Shown: one piece after another, positions 48,143-56,677 of the stretch | Position numbering within the stretch: the stretch's first letter is position 1 | Layout of the letters: every line of letters begins with the position of its first letter | Source: Bryobacterales bacterium | GTDB lineage: Bacteria; Acidobacteriota; Terriglobia; Bryobacterales; UBA6623 | Assembly (NCBI GenBank): GCA_965203925.1 | Contig: OZ241924.1 | Coordinates: forward strand, 6,741,206-6,805,205 | Direction: 5' to 3' | Length of the DNA: 64,000 nucleotides | Notes under the pieces: generated by a model | Told to the model about the DNA's origin: nothing | Databases searched by the model: none | What the model saw: the letters and a program-made list of their open reading frames with translations, nothing else | Program-made: the position numbers and the translations under genes

Positions 48143-51100
48143 CGCAGAGAAGGCCCTGAGTGTGCTCAAAGACTTCCAGCTCCGAACGGTGGACTACGTA
48201 TTCAAGCGGATGTGGAAGGATGCTCCGCCCGCACACCGCTTCTTGGTCGCGGACGAAGTCGGACTCGGCAAGACGCTGGTCGCGCGCGGTATCGTCGCCA
48301 AGACGCTGGAGCATCTCTGGGACCGGGTCGCACGGATCGACATTGTCTACATCTGTTCAAATGCGTCCATCGCCCGCCAAAACGTCAGGCGGCTCAATGT
48401 CGGTGGGCTTCCGGATGCAGTGCGGCCAACCCGGCTCACCCTCCTGCCCAAGCATGTCCGCCATCTGGATGGGAACAAGGTTAACTTCATAAGCCTGACA
48501 CCAGGCACGTCCCTCAACACCACCAAGTCGAACCGGGGCGGAATAATCGACGAGCGTCTAGTCCTGTGGCAGATGCTGAAGCAACTGTCCCACCCGCGCG
48601 ATAAGGCTCCACTGACCTTGACGCGGCCCACCCAGGTGGCTCCACCCCCCATGGCGAACGCGCGGCCCGGTCAGCCACTATCGAACGTCGTCCGACTTCT
48701 AGACCGCGATGGCCTCTACAGTCTCCTTCAGTGCAGGGTGTCGGACCGGAATTACCGATGGCACATGCAGTGCAATCTGCCGCCTGTCGACACCGCCCTT
48801 TCCCACGCATTCCTCAAGGCTCTGACTGACGACAGCAAGCTGTACGACGAACTGGTGGACCTCTGCAAACGATTCGCCGACTGGGGCTATGCACACGGCC
48901 AATACTCGATGGTCGGAAAACTCCGTCGTACGCTCGCCAGCGTCTGCATCAAGGCCCTTGAACCGGATCTCGTCATCCTCGACGAGTTTCAGCGATTCCG
49001 CGACCTCCTCGACTCCGACAGCCCAGCGGCCTGCCTCACCCGGCAGATCCTCGACTTTCGGTACAAAAAGGACGCACCTGAAGCGGGACTTAGGGCCCGG
49101 GTCCTTCTGTTGTCTGCCACACCTTACAAGATGCTGACCCTCTATCACGAAGGAGAGGACCACTTCTCGGACTTCCTCCGCACATGCTCCTTCCTCTGCG
49201 ATGACGACGCGGGGGTCAACCTTGGGCTGCGCGCGGCAATTCGACGCTATCGTCTTGGCCTTCTTGAAGGGCGGGGGCGTGTTCAGGATCTGAACAAGGC
49301 TCGACGGGACCTTAAGGCCCGCCTTCTCCAGTTCATGGTACGCACGGAACGTGTGCGCGTATCGGCGGAGCAGGATGCCATGCTTGAGCAACGCGAATCG
49401 AAACCACCCCTCACGACGGAGGACCTCAGGCAGGCCCAAGTCGTCGACCGAGTAGCAGCCACGGTCAAGGCCCGCGATCCAATCGAGTATTGGAAGTCGG
49501 CACCGTACTTACTAAACGTCATGCGGCGGTACCAACTGAAGGATCGCTTCATGGAGTTCTGTGAAGATCCTCCTGTCGACCTTGCCACCGCCGTGCGCGA
49601 CAGTGAACCTTGGCTTCTCAAGCAAGAGGCAGTCGAGCAGTATGAACGGATCGCGCCCGCCAATCCCCGCCTACGTCAACTGCTTGGGGACACGCTGGAA
49701 CAAGACCAGTGGAAGTGGCTCTGGATGCCGCCTTCACTTCCATACCTGGAACCGGGGCCGCCCTACGCGGGAGACGTAGAAGGCTCGACCAAGTCCTTGG
49801 TGTTCTCATCCTGGGTCGTCGTACCCGATGCCATTGCGGCATTCTGCTCCTACGAGGCGGACCGCCGCATGCTAGCTAAGGAACTGAAGTTGCCCAAGTA
49901 CTCGGAGAAGCTACCCAAGTACTCGAATCTGCACCGGTCCCGCGCGCGTCTGCTGGACTTTCGCTTGCAGGACGATCGCCCAAGTGCCATGAACAACATG
50001 CTGCTTCTGTATCCGAGTCCCACGCTCGCAGAGCTCGGTGATCCGCTCCGGCTCGCTCTCGAGCGCGGAGGAAGACCCGTACCCGTTAACGAGGCGCTCG
50101 AGCGCGTGAAGGAGCGGATACGGCAGCGGCTCAGTGAGAGTTCAACGAGATCAGTGTTGAGCATCCCTGAGAGCGATTCGCGCACGACAGATCAGAAATG
50201 GTATTGGGCCAGCACCGCACTGCTTGACGGAGCCCGATATCCGGATGCAATCAGTTGGGTCGAGCACCGGCTCCCTCCTTCGCCCGACGATTCGGACCAC
50301 AGAGGGTTCGCCAAGCACGTTGCCGAATTTCATCGGGCAATGACGAATCGCCCTGATCTTGGAAATCCGCCAGAGGATCTCGTCGAGATTCTGGCCATTG
50401 TGGCGCTTGCAGGGCCTGGCGTGTGCGCGCATCGTGCGCTGCGGCGAATCACGAATCTGAACCCAACCCATCCAAAGCTGCTGTCTGGTGCGGCGCGGGT
50501 GGCCCAAGGCCTGCGCTCGACCTTCAACATGCCGGAGAGTACTAGTCTGATCCGGGCGCTGTCATCGCAACCTCGGACAAGGTACTGGGAGCTCGTCCTC
50601 CGGCATGCTCTTGCCGGAAATCTCCAATCGGTCCTCGACGAGTACGCGCACACATTGGAGGAGTCGCTCGGGTTGACGGGCCATCCGACTGAGGATGTGG
50701 CAGAAGGCATCTCGAGTGAGATGCTGGAAGCACTGTCGATCCGCACATCCCCGGTTCGCATAGACAACATCCACTGCACTGGGCCCGGCGCTCCGATTGA
50801 AGTCGATCCCTTCAACATCCGCACCCGCTTCGCGCTGCGCTTCGGCGACCTTCGAAACGAAAGGAGAGAGAGCATTCAGCGCGCCGACACCGTAAGGAAG
50901 GCATTCAACTCGCCCTTTCGACCGTTCATCCTCGCAACAACCTCGATCGGCCAGGAAGGGTTGGATTTCCACACCTATTGCCATGCCGTGTATCACTGGA
51001 ATCTGCCCCACAATCCCGTCGATCTGGAGCAGAGGGAAGGCCGAGTCCATCGCTATAAGGGTCACGCCGTGCGCAAGAACGTAGCTGAGTGCTACGGTCT

Positions 51101-51458
51101 TGGGCAAATCCAAACTGACTCAGGAGGCGTCCTCGATCCGTGGAAATTTCTATTTCAGAGAGCCAAGGATGATAGGGATACCAAATCGAACGACCTGATC
51201 CCATATTGGATCACTGAAAAGGGGAGCGCTCGCGTTCAGCGCCGTGTGCCGCTGCTACCTTTCAGCCGAGAGGTAGATCAGCTCCGCCGCTTGGTCGGTA
51301 GCCTCGCAGTGTACCGGCTCGCATTCGGCCAGCCGCGCCAGCAGGATCTGGTCGAGTACCTACGAAGGCGGCGTGCCGAGGACACGAACGGACTTGATCT
51401 GGAGCAATTCAGGATTTCGCTGGAGCCGCCCGATATAGTTCACCAAGTAGCCCGCTAG
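48123..51458 (+). CDS. SNF2-like superfamily 2 helicase/translocase, ~1110 aa (component C)
   Basis: Motif I FLVADEVGLGKTLVA, motif II LVILDEFQRF, motif III LLLSATPYKM, motif V-VI ILATTSIGQEGLDFH...DLEQREGRVHRYKGH. GTG at 48123 is preceded by GGGAGGGG; an alternative in-frame start lies at 48096. Confidence 0.85.
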   Translation: MTNPRRNAEKALSVLKDFQLRTVDYVFKRMWKDAPPAHRFLVADEVGLGKTLVARGIVAKTLEHLWDRVARIDIVYICSNASIARQNVRRLNVGGLPDAVRPTRLTLLPKHVRHLDGNKVNFISLTPGTSLNTTKSNRGGIIDERLVLWQMLKQLSHPRDKAPLTLTRPTQVAPPPMANARPGQPLSNVVRLLDRDGLYSLLQCRVSDRNYRWHMQCNLPPVDTALSHAFLKALTDDSKLYDELVDLCKRFADWGYAHGQYSMVGKLRRTLASVCIKALEPDLVILDEFQRFRDLLDSDSPAACLTRQILDFRYKKDAPEAGLRARVLLLSATPYKMLTLYHEGEDHFSDFLRTCSFLCDDDAGVNLGLRAAIRRYRLGLLEGRGRVQDLNKARRDLKARLLQFMVRTERVRVSAEQDAMLEQRESKPPLTTEDLRQAQVVDRVAATVKARDPIEYWKSAPYLLNVMRRYQLKDRFMEFCEDPPVDLATAVRDSEPWLLKQEAVEQYERIAPANPRLRQLLGDTLEQDQWKWLWMPPSLPYLEPGPPYAGDVEGSTKSLVFSSWVVVPDAIAAFCSYEADRRMLAKELKLPKYSEKLPKYSNLHRSRARLLDFRLQDDRPSAMNNMLLLYPSPTLAELGDPLRLALERGGRPVPVNEALERVKERIRQRLSESSTRSVLSIPESDSRTTDQKWYWASTALLDGARYPDAISWVEHRLPPSPDDSDHRGFAKHVAEFHRAMTNRPDLGNPPEDLVEILAIVALAGPGVCAHRALRRITNLNPTHPKLLSGAARVAQGLRSTFNMPESTSLIRALSSQPRTRYWELVLRHALAGNLQSVLDEYAHTLEESLGLTGHPTEDVAEGISSEMLEALSIRTSPVRIDNIHCTGPGAPIEVDPFNIRTRFALRFGDLRNERRESIQRADTVRKAFNSPFRPFILATTSIGQEGLDFHTYCHAVYHWNLPHNPVDLEQREGRVHRYKGHAVRKNVAECYGLGQIQTDSGGVLDPWKFLFQRAKDDRDTKSNDLIPYWITEKGSARVQRRVPLLPFSREVDQLRRLVGSLAVYRLAFGQPRQQDLVEYLRRRRAEDTNGLDLEQFRISLEPPDIVHQVAR

Positions 51459-51537
51459 TAGCAGCGAGGACGGACATCCACATTGGACATGGGCTGTAGT
51501 ACCTAGATGCCGGAACGATGACCGAGAGTGCCGCACG

Positions 51538-52450
51538 TCATCGAATGACTTTCGGCAGCGGGTCCACGAAGTCCATGCAGCTATGCCGTCGGACGACGTC
51601 TAGCCGCCCCCAAGACCGGGTTATTGCCCGGAGTTCTTGCTTCGAGAACTGCGGCAGGCGGGGATACCCGATGAGATACGTGTTCCCGCCCTCTTGAAGC
51701 CAACCCCCCGCTTCTTCAGTACGGCGGGATCATTCGCGAGCTAGGGTCAAGAGACGCAGATCGCGCGGCCTTGGATTACTCCAGAAGACTCCTTGGCGAG
51801 ATTTGTGCATGAGCGGGTCGTGGGTGGCGCCAGAGCCGGTCACAATCCCCAAAACGGTGATCATCGGCTGGTCCGGCTGCGGGTCGTGGCCTAGCTACGA
51901 GCGCACTTCATACTCGGTGAAGTCACCCAACTTAAGCGACTCGGCCTTGATGTTGAAGGCGCTGCCCCCGCTCATGTGTGTCTCTTCCGAGATCGAGACA
52001 ACCGGTAGTCGCGCACGCCGCACAGGAACACGCTCTGCGGGAAGCCGTCCGGCCTCTCGCCGTAGCCAGCCCTAAGCCGCCGCAGCAGAGAGGTCAATGA
52101 GCCACCCTGACTCGTGTCGATCTCGTCAAAGAGCAAGACCAACGGCGGAGCGTCTCATTGAGAGCACCGTCGCCAGGTACTCATGCAGCACGGTCAGCCG
52201 AACATCCCTTACAAGGGTGTGTTGGAGCACTACCGCAGCCCCTCCGGCGATCTGCCTCATTAACGGTAGCAATCGCACCGTTGGATACCCGCACCTAACA
52301 AGGCACTGCCAAATCGAGCAATGTGCCCTTCGGCGAGCGGCCGCAGGCGGGTGCCCCTTCGCTGCTGGGAGCAACGAGCCCAGCAGTGCCACAATGCCGG
52401 AGTGCCACCAACCCAACCCGTGCGGAAGGGAGAGGCTCGGCCCGGTCGTG
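51538..52450 (-). pseudogene. decayed AAA-type ATPase gene (multiple frameshifts and an internal stop)
   Basis: My minus-strand translation gives three fragments in different frames. LVLLFDEIDTSQGGSLTSLLRRLRAGYGERPDGFPQSVFLCGVRDYRL (52142-51972) contains a Walker B-like motif. SGGSAFNIKAESLKLGDFTEYEVRS (51975-51895) ends at a TAG. A possible degraded Walker A, GRSPKGTLLDLA, lies near 52330. A further fragment, ...GRLDVVRRHSCMDFVDPLPKVIR, ends at 51538. Confidence 0.5.
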
Positions 52451-52452
52451 CC

Positions 52453-53781
52453 ATGAGGCTTGAGAGGGACTCTCAAGGCCCAGCAACCTCCCGATTCCCG
52501 TGGAGCCTCTCTGAGATCGAGCGGGGAGTCCCCGTCGGCGAACTCTCGGCGTCCGACCTTGTGAGGGCCTCTCACGAGGCCGTCGATCGGCTGGAGGCGC
52601 GTATCAGCGCCTGGGCAGCTATGCGGCGCGAGGACTCCCTGCGGGCTGCCCTGAGATTGGACGATCGTTTCAAGAAACAAGGTTCGCTTGGCGCACTCCA
52701 CGGCGTGCCGGTCGGGATCAAGGACATCTTCGACACGGCAGACCTCCCTACCGAGTGGGGCACCAAGACCCAAGAGGGTCGCCAACCGGAGCGCAACTGC
52801 GCCCTTGTGGCAACGCTGAGAGCGAAGGGTTGCGTCGTCATCGGCAAGACGGTGACAACCGCTTTCGCCTACTTCGACACCGGCCCCACCAGGAACCCGG
52901 CAAGTCTGGATCACACTCCCGGGGGATCGTCCAGCGGGTCGGCTGCTGCCGTGGCGGCCGGCATGGTCCCGCTTGCCGTCGGCAGCCAGACTCAAGGCTC
53001 TGTGCTGCGGCCGGCGTCGTTCTGCGGCGTTACCGGCTTCAAGCCTGGCTTCGGTGTGCTTCCGCTGGAAGGAGTGATGCCGTTCGCCCCATCCCTAGAC
53101 CATGCCGGCCTGTTCACAGCTACGCCCGGTGAGATGCGGCTCGTCTGGAGAGCGCTCGGCTTCGACACCGGATCGGCGCCCGCTGATTCGGTCACGACCC
53201 TGCCGTGGCCGCCGACCGGCAGCGTGACGCCTGCGATGCGGGAGGCGGTGGAATCGGCCTTGGCCACCCTCGAGGCCACGGGGGTCGCCGTCCACCAGGT
53301 ACGGCGCCCGTCATTCTTCGACGACCTGCCACCGGCCCTGCTCACGGTGATGGCGAAAGAGGCAGCGCAAGCGCATGGACGGCTGTACAGGGAACACGGA
53401 CGCCGGGTGGGGACGAAGCTTGCGAGCCTGCTGGACGAGGGGATGCGCATCCCGAATGCGGACTACCGCGCCGCGGTAGCCACGCTCGAGGCATGCCGCG
53501 CATCCTACGCCCAATGGGCGGTCGACCACCCGATCGTAGCCACGCCGGCGGCACCGGGCCCCGCCCTCCGAGGCCTGGGGTCCAGCGGTGACCCATGCTG
53601 TAACGCGCCGTTCACGGCGCTGGGGGCTCCCGCGATCTCAGTCCCCATGCCCGTGCCCGAGAACCAGATCCCTATGGGACTGCAGCTGACATCAGCCTTC
53701 GCGGGGGAGGCAGCCCTACTGGCTTCGGCCGAGGCTTGGCACCGTCTGCTCTGCCGGAGTCACGGCGGACCCTGTCGCTAA
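52453..53781 (+). CDS. amidase (amidase-signature family, GatA-like)
   Basis: GGSSSGSAAAVAAGMVPLAVGSQTQGSVLRPASFCGVTGFKPGFG, the AS-family Ser-cisSer-Lys signature. Start chosen at MRLERDSQ. Confidence 0.85.
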   Translation: MRLERDSQGPATSRFPWSLSEIERGVPVGELSASDLVRASHEAVDRLEARISAWAAMRREDSLRAALRLDDRFKKQGSLGALHGVPVGIKDIFDTADLPTEWGTKTQEGRQPERNCALVATLRAKGCVVIGKTVTTAFAYFDTGPTRNPASLDHTPGGSSSGSAAAVAAGMVPLAVGSQTQGSVLRPASFCGVTGFKPGFGVLPLEGVMPFAPSLDHAGLFTATPGEMRLVWRALGFDTGSAPADSVTTLPWPPTGSVTPAMREAVESALATLEATGVAVHQVRRPSFFDDLPPALLTVMAKEAAQAHGRLYREHGRRVGTKLASLLDEGMRIPNADYRAAVATLEACRASYAQWAVDHPIVATPAAPGPALRGLGSSGDPCCNAPFTALGAPAISVPMPVPENQIPMGLQLTSAFAGEAALLASAEAWHRLLCRSHGGPCR

Positions 53782-53832
53782 TCCACACGGGGGCACGCAC
53801 GTGATAACCTCAGTCTGCAGACCAGAGGCTCC

Positions 53833-55215
53833 GTGCGCATTCTGCTTACGGGAGGGGGGCAAGGTGCCGCCCTCATTGCTGCCCGCTTGATCGGCGAGGG
53901 CCATCAGGTCACGATCGTCGAGAAAGATACGGCGCGCTGCGTCGAGCTTGAGGAACACCTCGACGCCAAGATCGTCAACGGCAGCGGCGGGAGCGTGCGC
54001 ACGCTGGAGAAGGCGGGCATCGGCTCGGCCGAAATGTTCATCGCCGAGACCGACTCGGACGAGGTCAACCTCCTCGGGTGCATGATCGCCGAGGCGCGAT
54101 CGAACGTGCGCTTCAAGGTCGCCCGCGTCCGCACGCACGAGTTCCGCCACTGGGACGCAGTTCTGCAGGACCTCGGCCTGAGGGTCGACAGGATCATCCA
54201 TCCGGAAACGACCATCATGGACCGCATCATGCGCGTCCTCCACTTGCCGGGCGTCTCAGACATTCTGGACTTTGCCGACGGGAAGATCAAGCTGTTCGGC
54301 ATGAACGTCGACGCAGACAGCTGGTACGCCGGCAAGACCGTCGAAGAACTCGACGCAGCGGGCCCGCCGAAGAACAGCATGATCTCGATGATCTTCCGAG
54401 GGCCGGAAGTGATCATCCCCCACGGGGCGCAGAAGCTCATGGCCGGCGACCATCTCTATATCTGCACGACGTCGGACGATATCGACGACGTGCTTGAGTT
54501 CATGGGCATCCAGCAGAAGAGGACCCTCCGGCGGGTGGTCGTGGTAGGCGGAAAGCAGCTCGGCATCTGGGTGGCGCAGGAACTCGAGCGCCGGGGCATC
54601 CATGTCAAGCTCATCGAGCGGGACGCGGCGCGCTGCCAGCTGATCTCGAGGATCTTGGCCAGAACGGTGGTCGTTCAGGGGGATCCGACCGACCAGCAGA
54701 CGCTCGAAGAGGAGAACATCAAGGGCGTCGATGCCTTCCTGGCGCTCACCAAGGACGACGCCGCCAACGTTGTCGCCTCGCTGCTCGCCCGCCGCCTGGG
54801 AGCCCACAAGATTGTCGCGCTCATCAACCGCACCAATTACCTGCCGATCGTCCAGCGGCTGGGCATCAACACCGCCATCAGCCAGCGCCTGACCGCCGTG
54901 GACATGATCCTCGGCTTCGTGCGCAAGTCCCACCTTCTGTCGGTCACCACTTTCCGTGAGGAGGAGGCGGAGGCACTGGAGTTCATCGCGTCGCCAGGGT
55001 CGAGGATCGTCAACCGCAAGCTGCGTGAGATGCGCATGCCACGCGGCGCGGTCGTGGGGGCGATCGTGCGGGACAACGGCTACGTGAGAGTGCCGCGCGG
55101 GGAGGCAACCGTTCGAGAGGGCGACCGGGTGATCATCTTTTCGCTGGCGGACACCGTCCAGCAGATTGAGTCCCAGTTCCTGACGAGAACGGGGCGCCGC
55201 GGGCTGTTCGGGTGA
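53833..55215 (+). CDS. trkA: Trk potassium uptake system NAD-binding subunit
   Basis: Two tandem RCK/TrkA-N + TrkA-C halves: MRILLTGGGQGAALIAARL... and VVVVGGKQLGIWVAQEL... Confidence 0.9.
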   Translation: MRILLTGGGQGAALIAARLIGEGHQVTIVEKDTARCVELEEHLDAKIVNGSGGSVRTLEKAGIGSAEMFIAETDSDEVNLLGCMIAEARSNVRFKVARVRTHEFRHWDAVLQDLGLRVDRIIHPETTIMDRIMRVLHLPGVSDILDFADGKIKLFGMNVDADSWYAGKTVEELDAAGPPKNSMISMIFRGPEVIIPHGAQKLMAGDHLYICTTSDDIDDVLEFMGIQQKRTLRRVVVVGGKQLGIWVAQELERRGIHVKLIERDAARCQLISRILARTVVVQGDPTDQQTLEEENIKGVDAFLALTKDDAANVVASLLARRLGAHKIVALINRTNYLPIVQRLGINTAISQRLTAVDMILGFVRKSHLLSVTTFREEEAEALEFIASPGSRIVNRKLREMRMPRGAVVGAIVRDNGYVRVPRGEATVREGDRVIIFSLADTVQQIESQFLTRTGRRGLFG

Positions 55216-56663
55216 TCCGCTGGACGCAGATCGGCCGGATCATCGGACTGTTCCTGATCGCGCTCGCGGGCGCGATGATGATCCCGTGCGCGTACTCGAT
55301 CGCCACTGGCGACGATGACCTAGCGCCGCTGGCCGCGGCAGTGGCAGTCACGGCGGTAGCGGGCGGCGTGCTAGCGGGAAGCTGCCGCAGGGCGCGGAGA
55401 GAACTCACGCAGCGAGAAGGCATCCTGCTCACCGTGGCTGTGTGGCTCGCCGCATCCGTCTTTGGCGGCCTGCCGTTCCTGTTCGCTCCTGGAATCGAGA
55501 CCTTCACGGACGCAGTATTTGAGTCCGCTTCGGGGGTGACCACGACCGGTGCAACCATCCTCGTCGAAGTGGAGCGGCTGTCACGGCCGCTGCTGCTGTG
55601 GCGCGCGCTCTCCTCGTGGCTGGGGGGCATGGGCATTGTCGTCCTAGTGATCGCCGTCCTGCCATTGGTCGGGCACGGCGGGATGCACCTGTACCGCGCC
55701 GAATTCTCCGGCGCATCCTCCGAGAAACTGTCCCCGCGCGTCGCAGAGACGGCAGGCTCTCTCTGGGGCATTTACCTTGCGCTTACCAGCCTATTGGTCG
55801 GCTTACTTGCGGTCGCCGGAATGGGGCCCTTCGACGCGATCGCCCATGCGTTCGCGACGATGGCCACGGGCGGTTTCTCGACGCGGACGGCCAGCATTGG
55901 CGCCTTCGACAGCTCCACGATCGAATACATCACTACGCTGTTCATGATCCTTGGGGGCTGCAGCTTCATCCTGCACTATCGTGCCCTGATCGAGCGGCGA
56001 CCGATTGCGGCGCTGCGTGACTACGAACTGCGAAACTTTCTCGGCCTGGTCGCGTTGGCTACCCTCGTCGAGGCTGCGCTGCTGCTCTTCGATCGCGGCT
56101 ATCCTCTCGAGAGGGCGCTGCGGACCGCTGTCTTTCAGGTCTCCTCGATCACCACCACCACCGGCTTCGCAACCGACGACTTTGAGGCATGGCCACCCCT
56201 AGGCCAGCTTCTCCTGCTTGCGCTGATGTTCACCGGCGGCTGTACCGGTTCTACAGCGGGAGGGATGAAGGTCTCGAGGCTGCTCGTGCTGGTTAAGGTG
56301 GTCGGCCGCGAGTTCAAGCGCATGGTCGAACGCCACGGAGTGTTCGTAGTGCGCCTTGGAGGCTCGGTGATCCCGGAGCCGTCGATCCAGAGCCTTCTCA
56401 ATCTGGTCTACCTCGCCTTCGTGGTCAACTTCGCGTCCTGCCTGATGCTGGCCGCGGTGGGTGTCGACGTGTTCACCGCGATCTCAGCGGTGGCCGCAAC
56501 TATGTTCAACATCGGCCCGGCCCTCGCCGGAGTCGGCCCGACAGACAACTACGCCGGCTTGCCAGCCATCGCCAAGTGGGTGCTGTGCTTCGACATGATT
56601 GCTGGCCGCTTGGAGTTCTACACGCTGCTCGTGACCGTTACACCGTGGTTCTGGCGGAAGTAG
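55212..56663 (+). CDS. trkH: Trk potassium uptake system membrane subunit
   Basis: Polytopic, with repeated pore-loop motifs (SGVTTTG, TGGFS, TTTGFA, GGCTGSTAGGMK). GTGA overlap with the trkA stop. Confidence 0.9.
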   Translation: MIRWTQIGRIIGLFLIALAGAMMIPCAYSIATGDDDLAPLAAAVAVTAVAGGVLAGSCRRARRELTQREGILLTVAVWLAASVFGGLPFLFAPGIETFTDAVFESASGVTTTGATILVEVERLSRPLLLWRALSSWLGGMGIVVLVIAVLPLVGHGGMHLYRAEFSGASSEKLSPRVAETAGSLWGIYLALTSLLVGLLAVAGMGPFDAIAHAFATMATGGFSTRTASIGAFDSSTIEYITTLFMILGGCSFILHYRALIERRPIAALRDYELRNFLGLVALATLVEAALLLFDRGYPLERALRTAVFQVSSITTTTGFATDDFEAWPPLGQLLLLALMFTGGCTGSTAGGMKVSRLLVLVKVVGREFKRMVERHGVFVVRLGGSVIPEPSIQSLLNLVYLAFVVNFASCLMLAAVGVDVFTAISAVAATMFNIGPALAGVGPTDNYAGLPAIAKWVLCFDMIAGRLEFYTLLVTVTPWFWRK

Positions 56664-56677
56664 CCATATCCGTGCTA

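Larger units (their letters stand above)
45126..51458 (+). other. candidate three-gene defence-type operon (unknown protein / PLD-HKD / SNF2-like helicase)
   Basis: All three ORFs are co-directional with overlapping stop/start junctions (ATGA at 46247-46250; helicase GTG 48123 inside the PLD gene's last 20 nt). They sit in an AT-richer segment between housekeeping genes. Confidence 0.6.

Noticed and set aside
52126-52995. 289-aa minus-strand ORF
   Set aside because: Its 5' two-thirds are antisense to the amidase gene, which carries the amidase signature. Only its 3' end touches the ATPase relic, and in just one of the several frames that relic uses.
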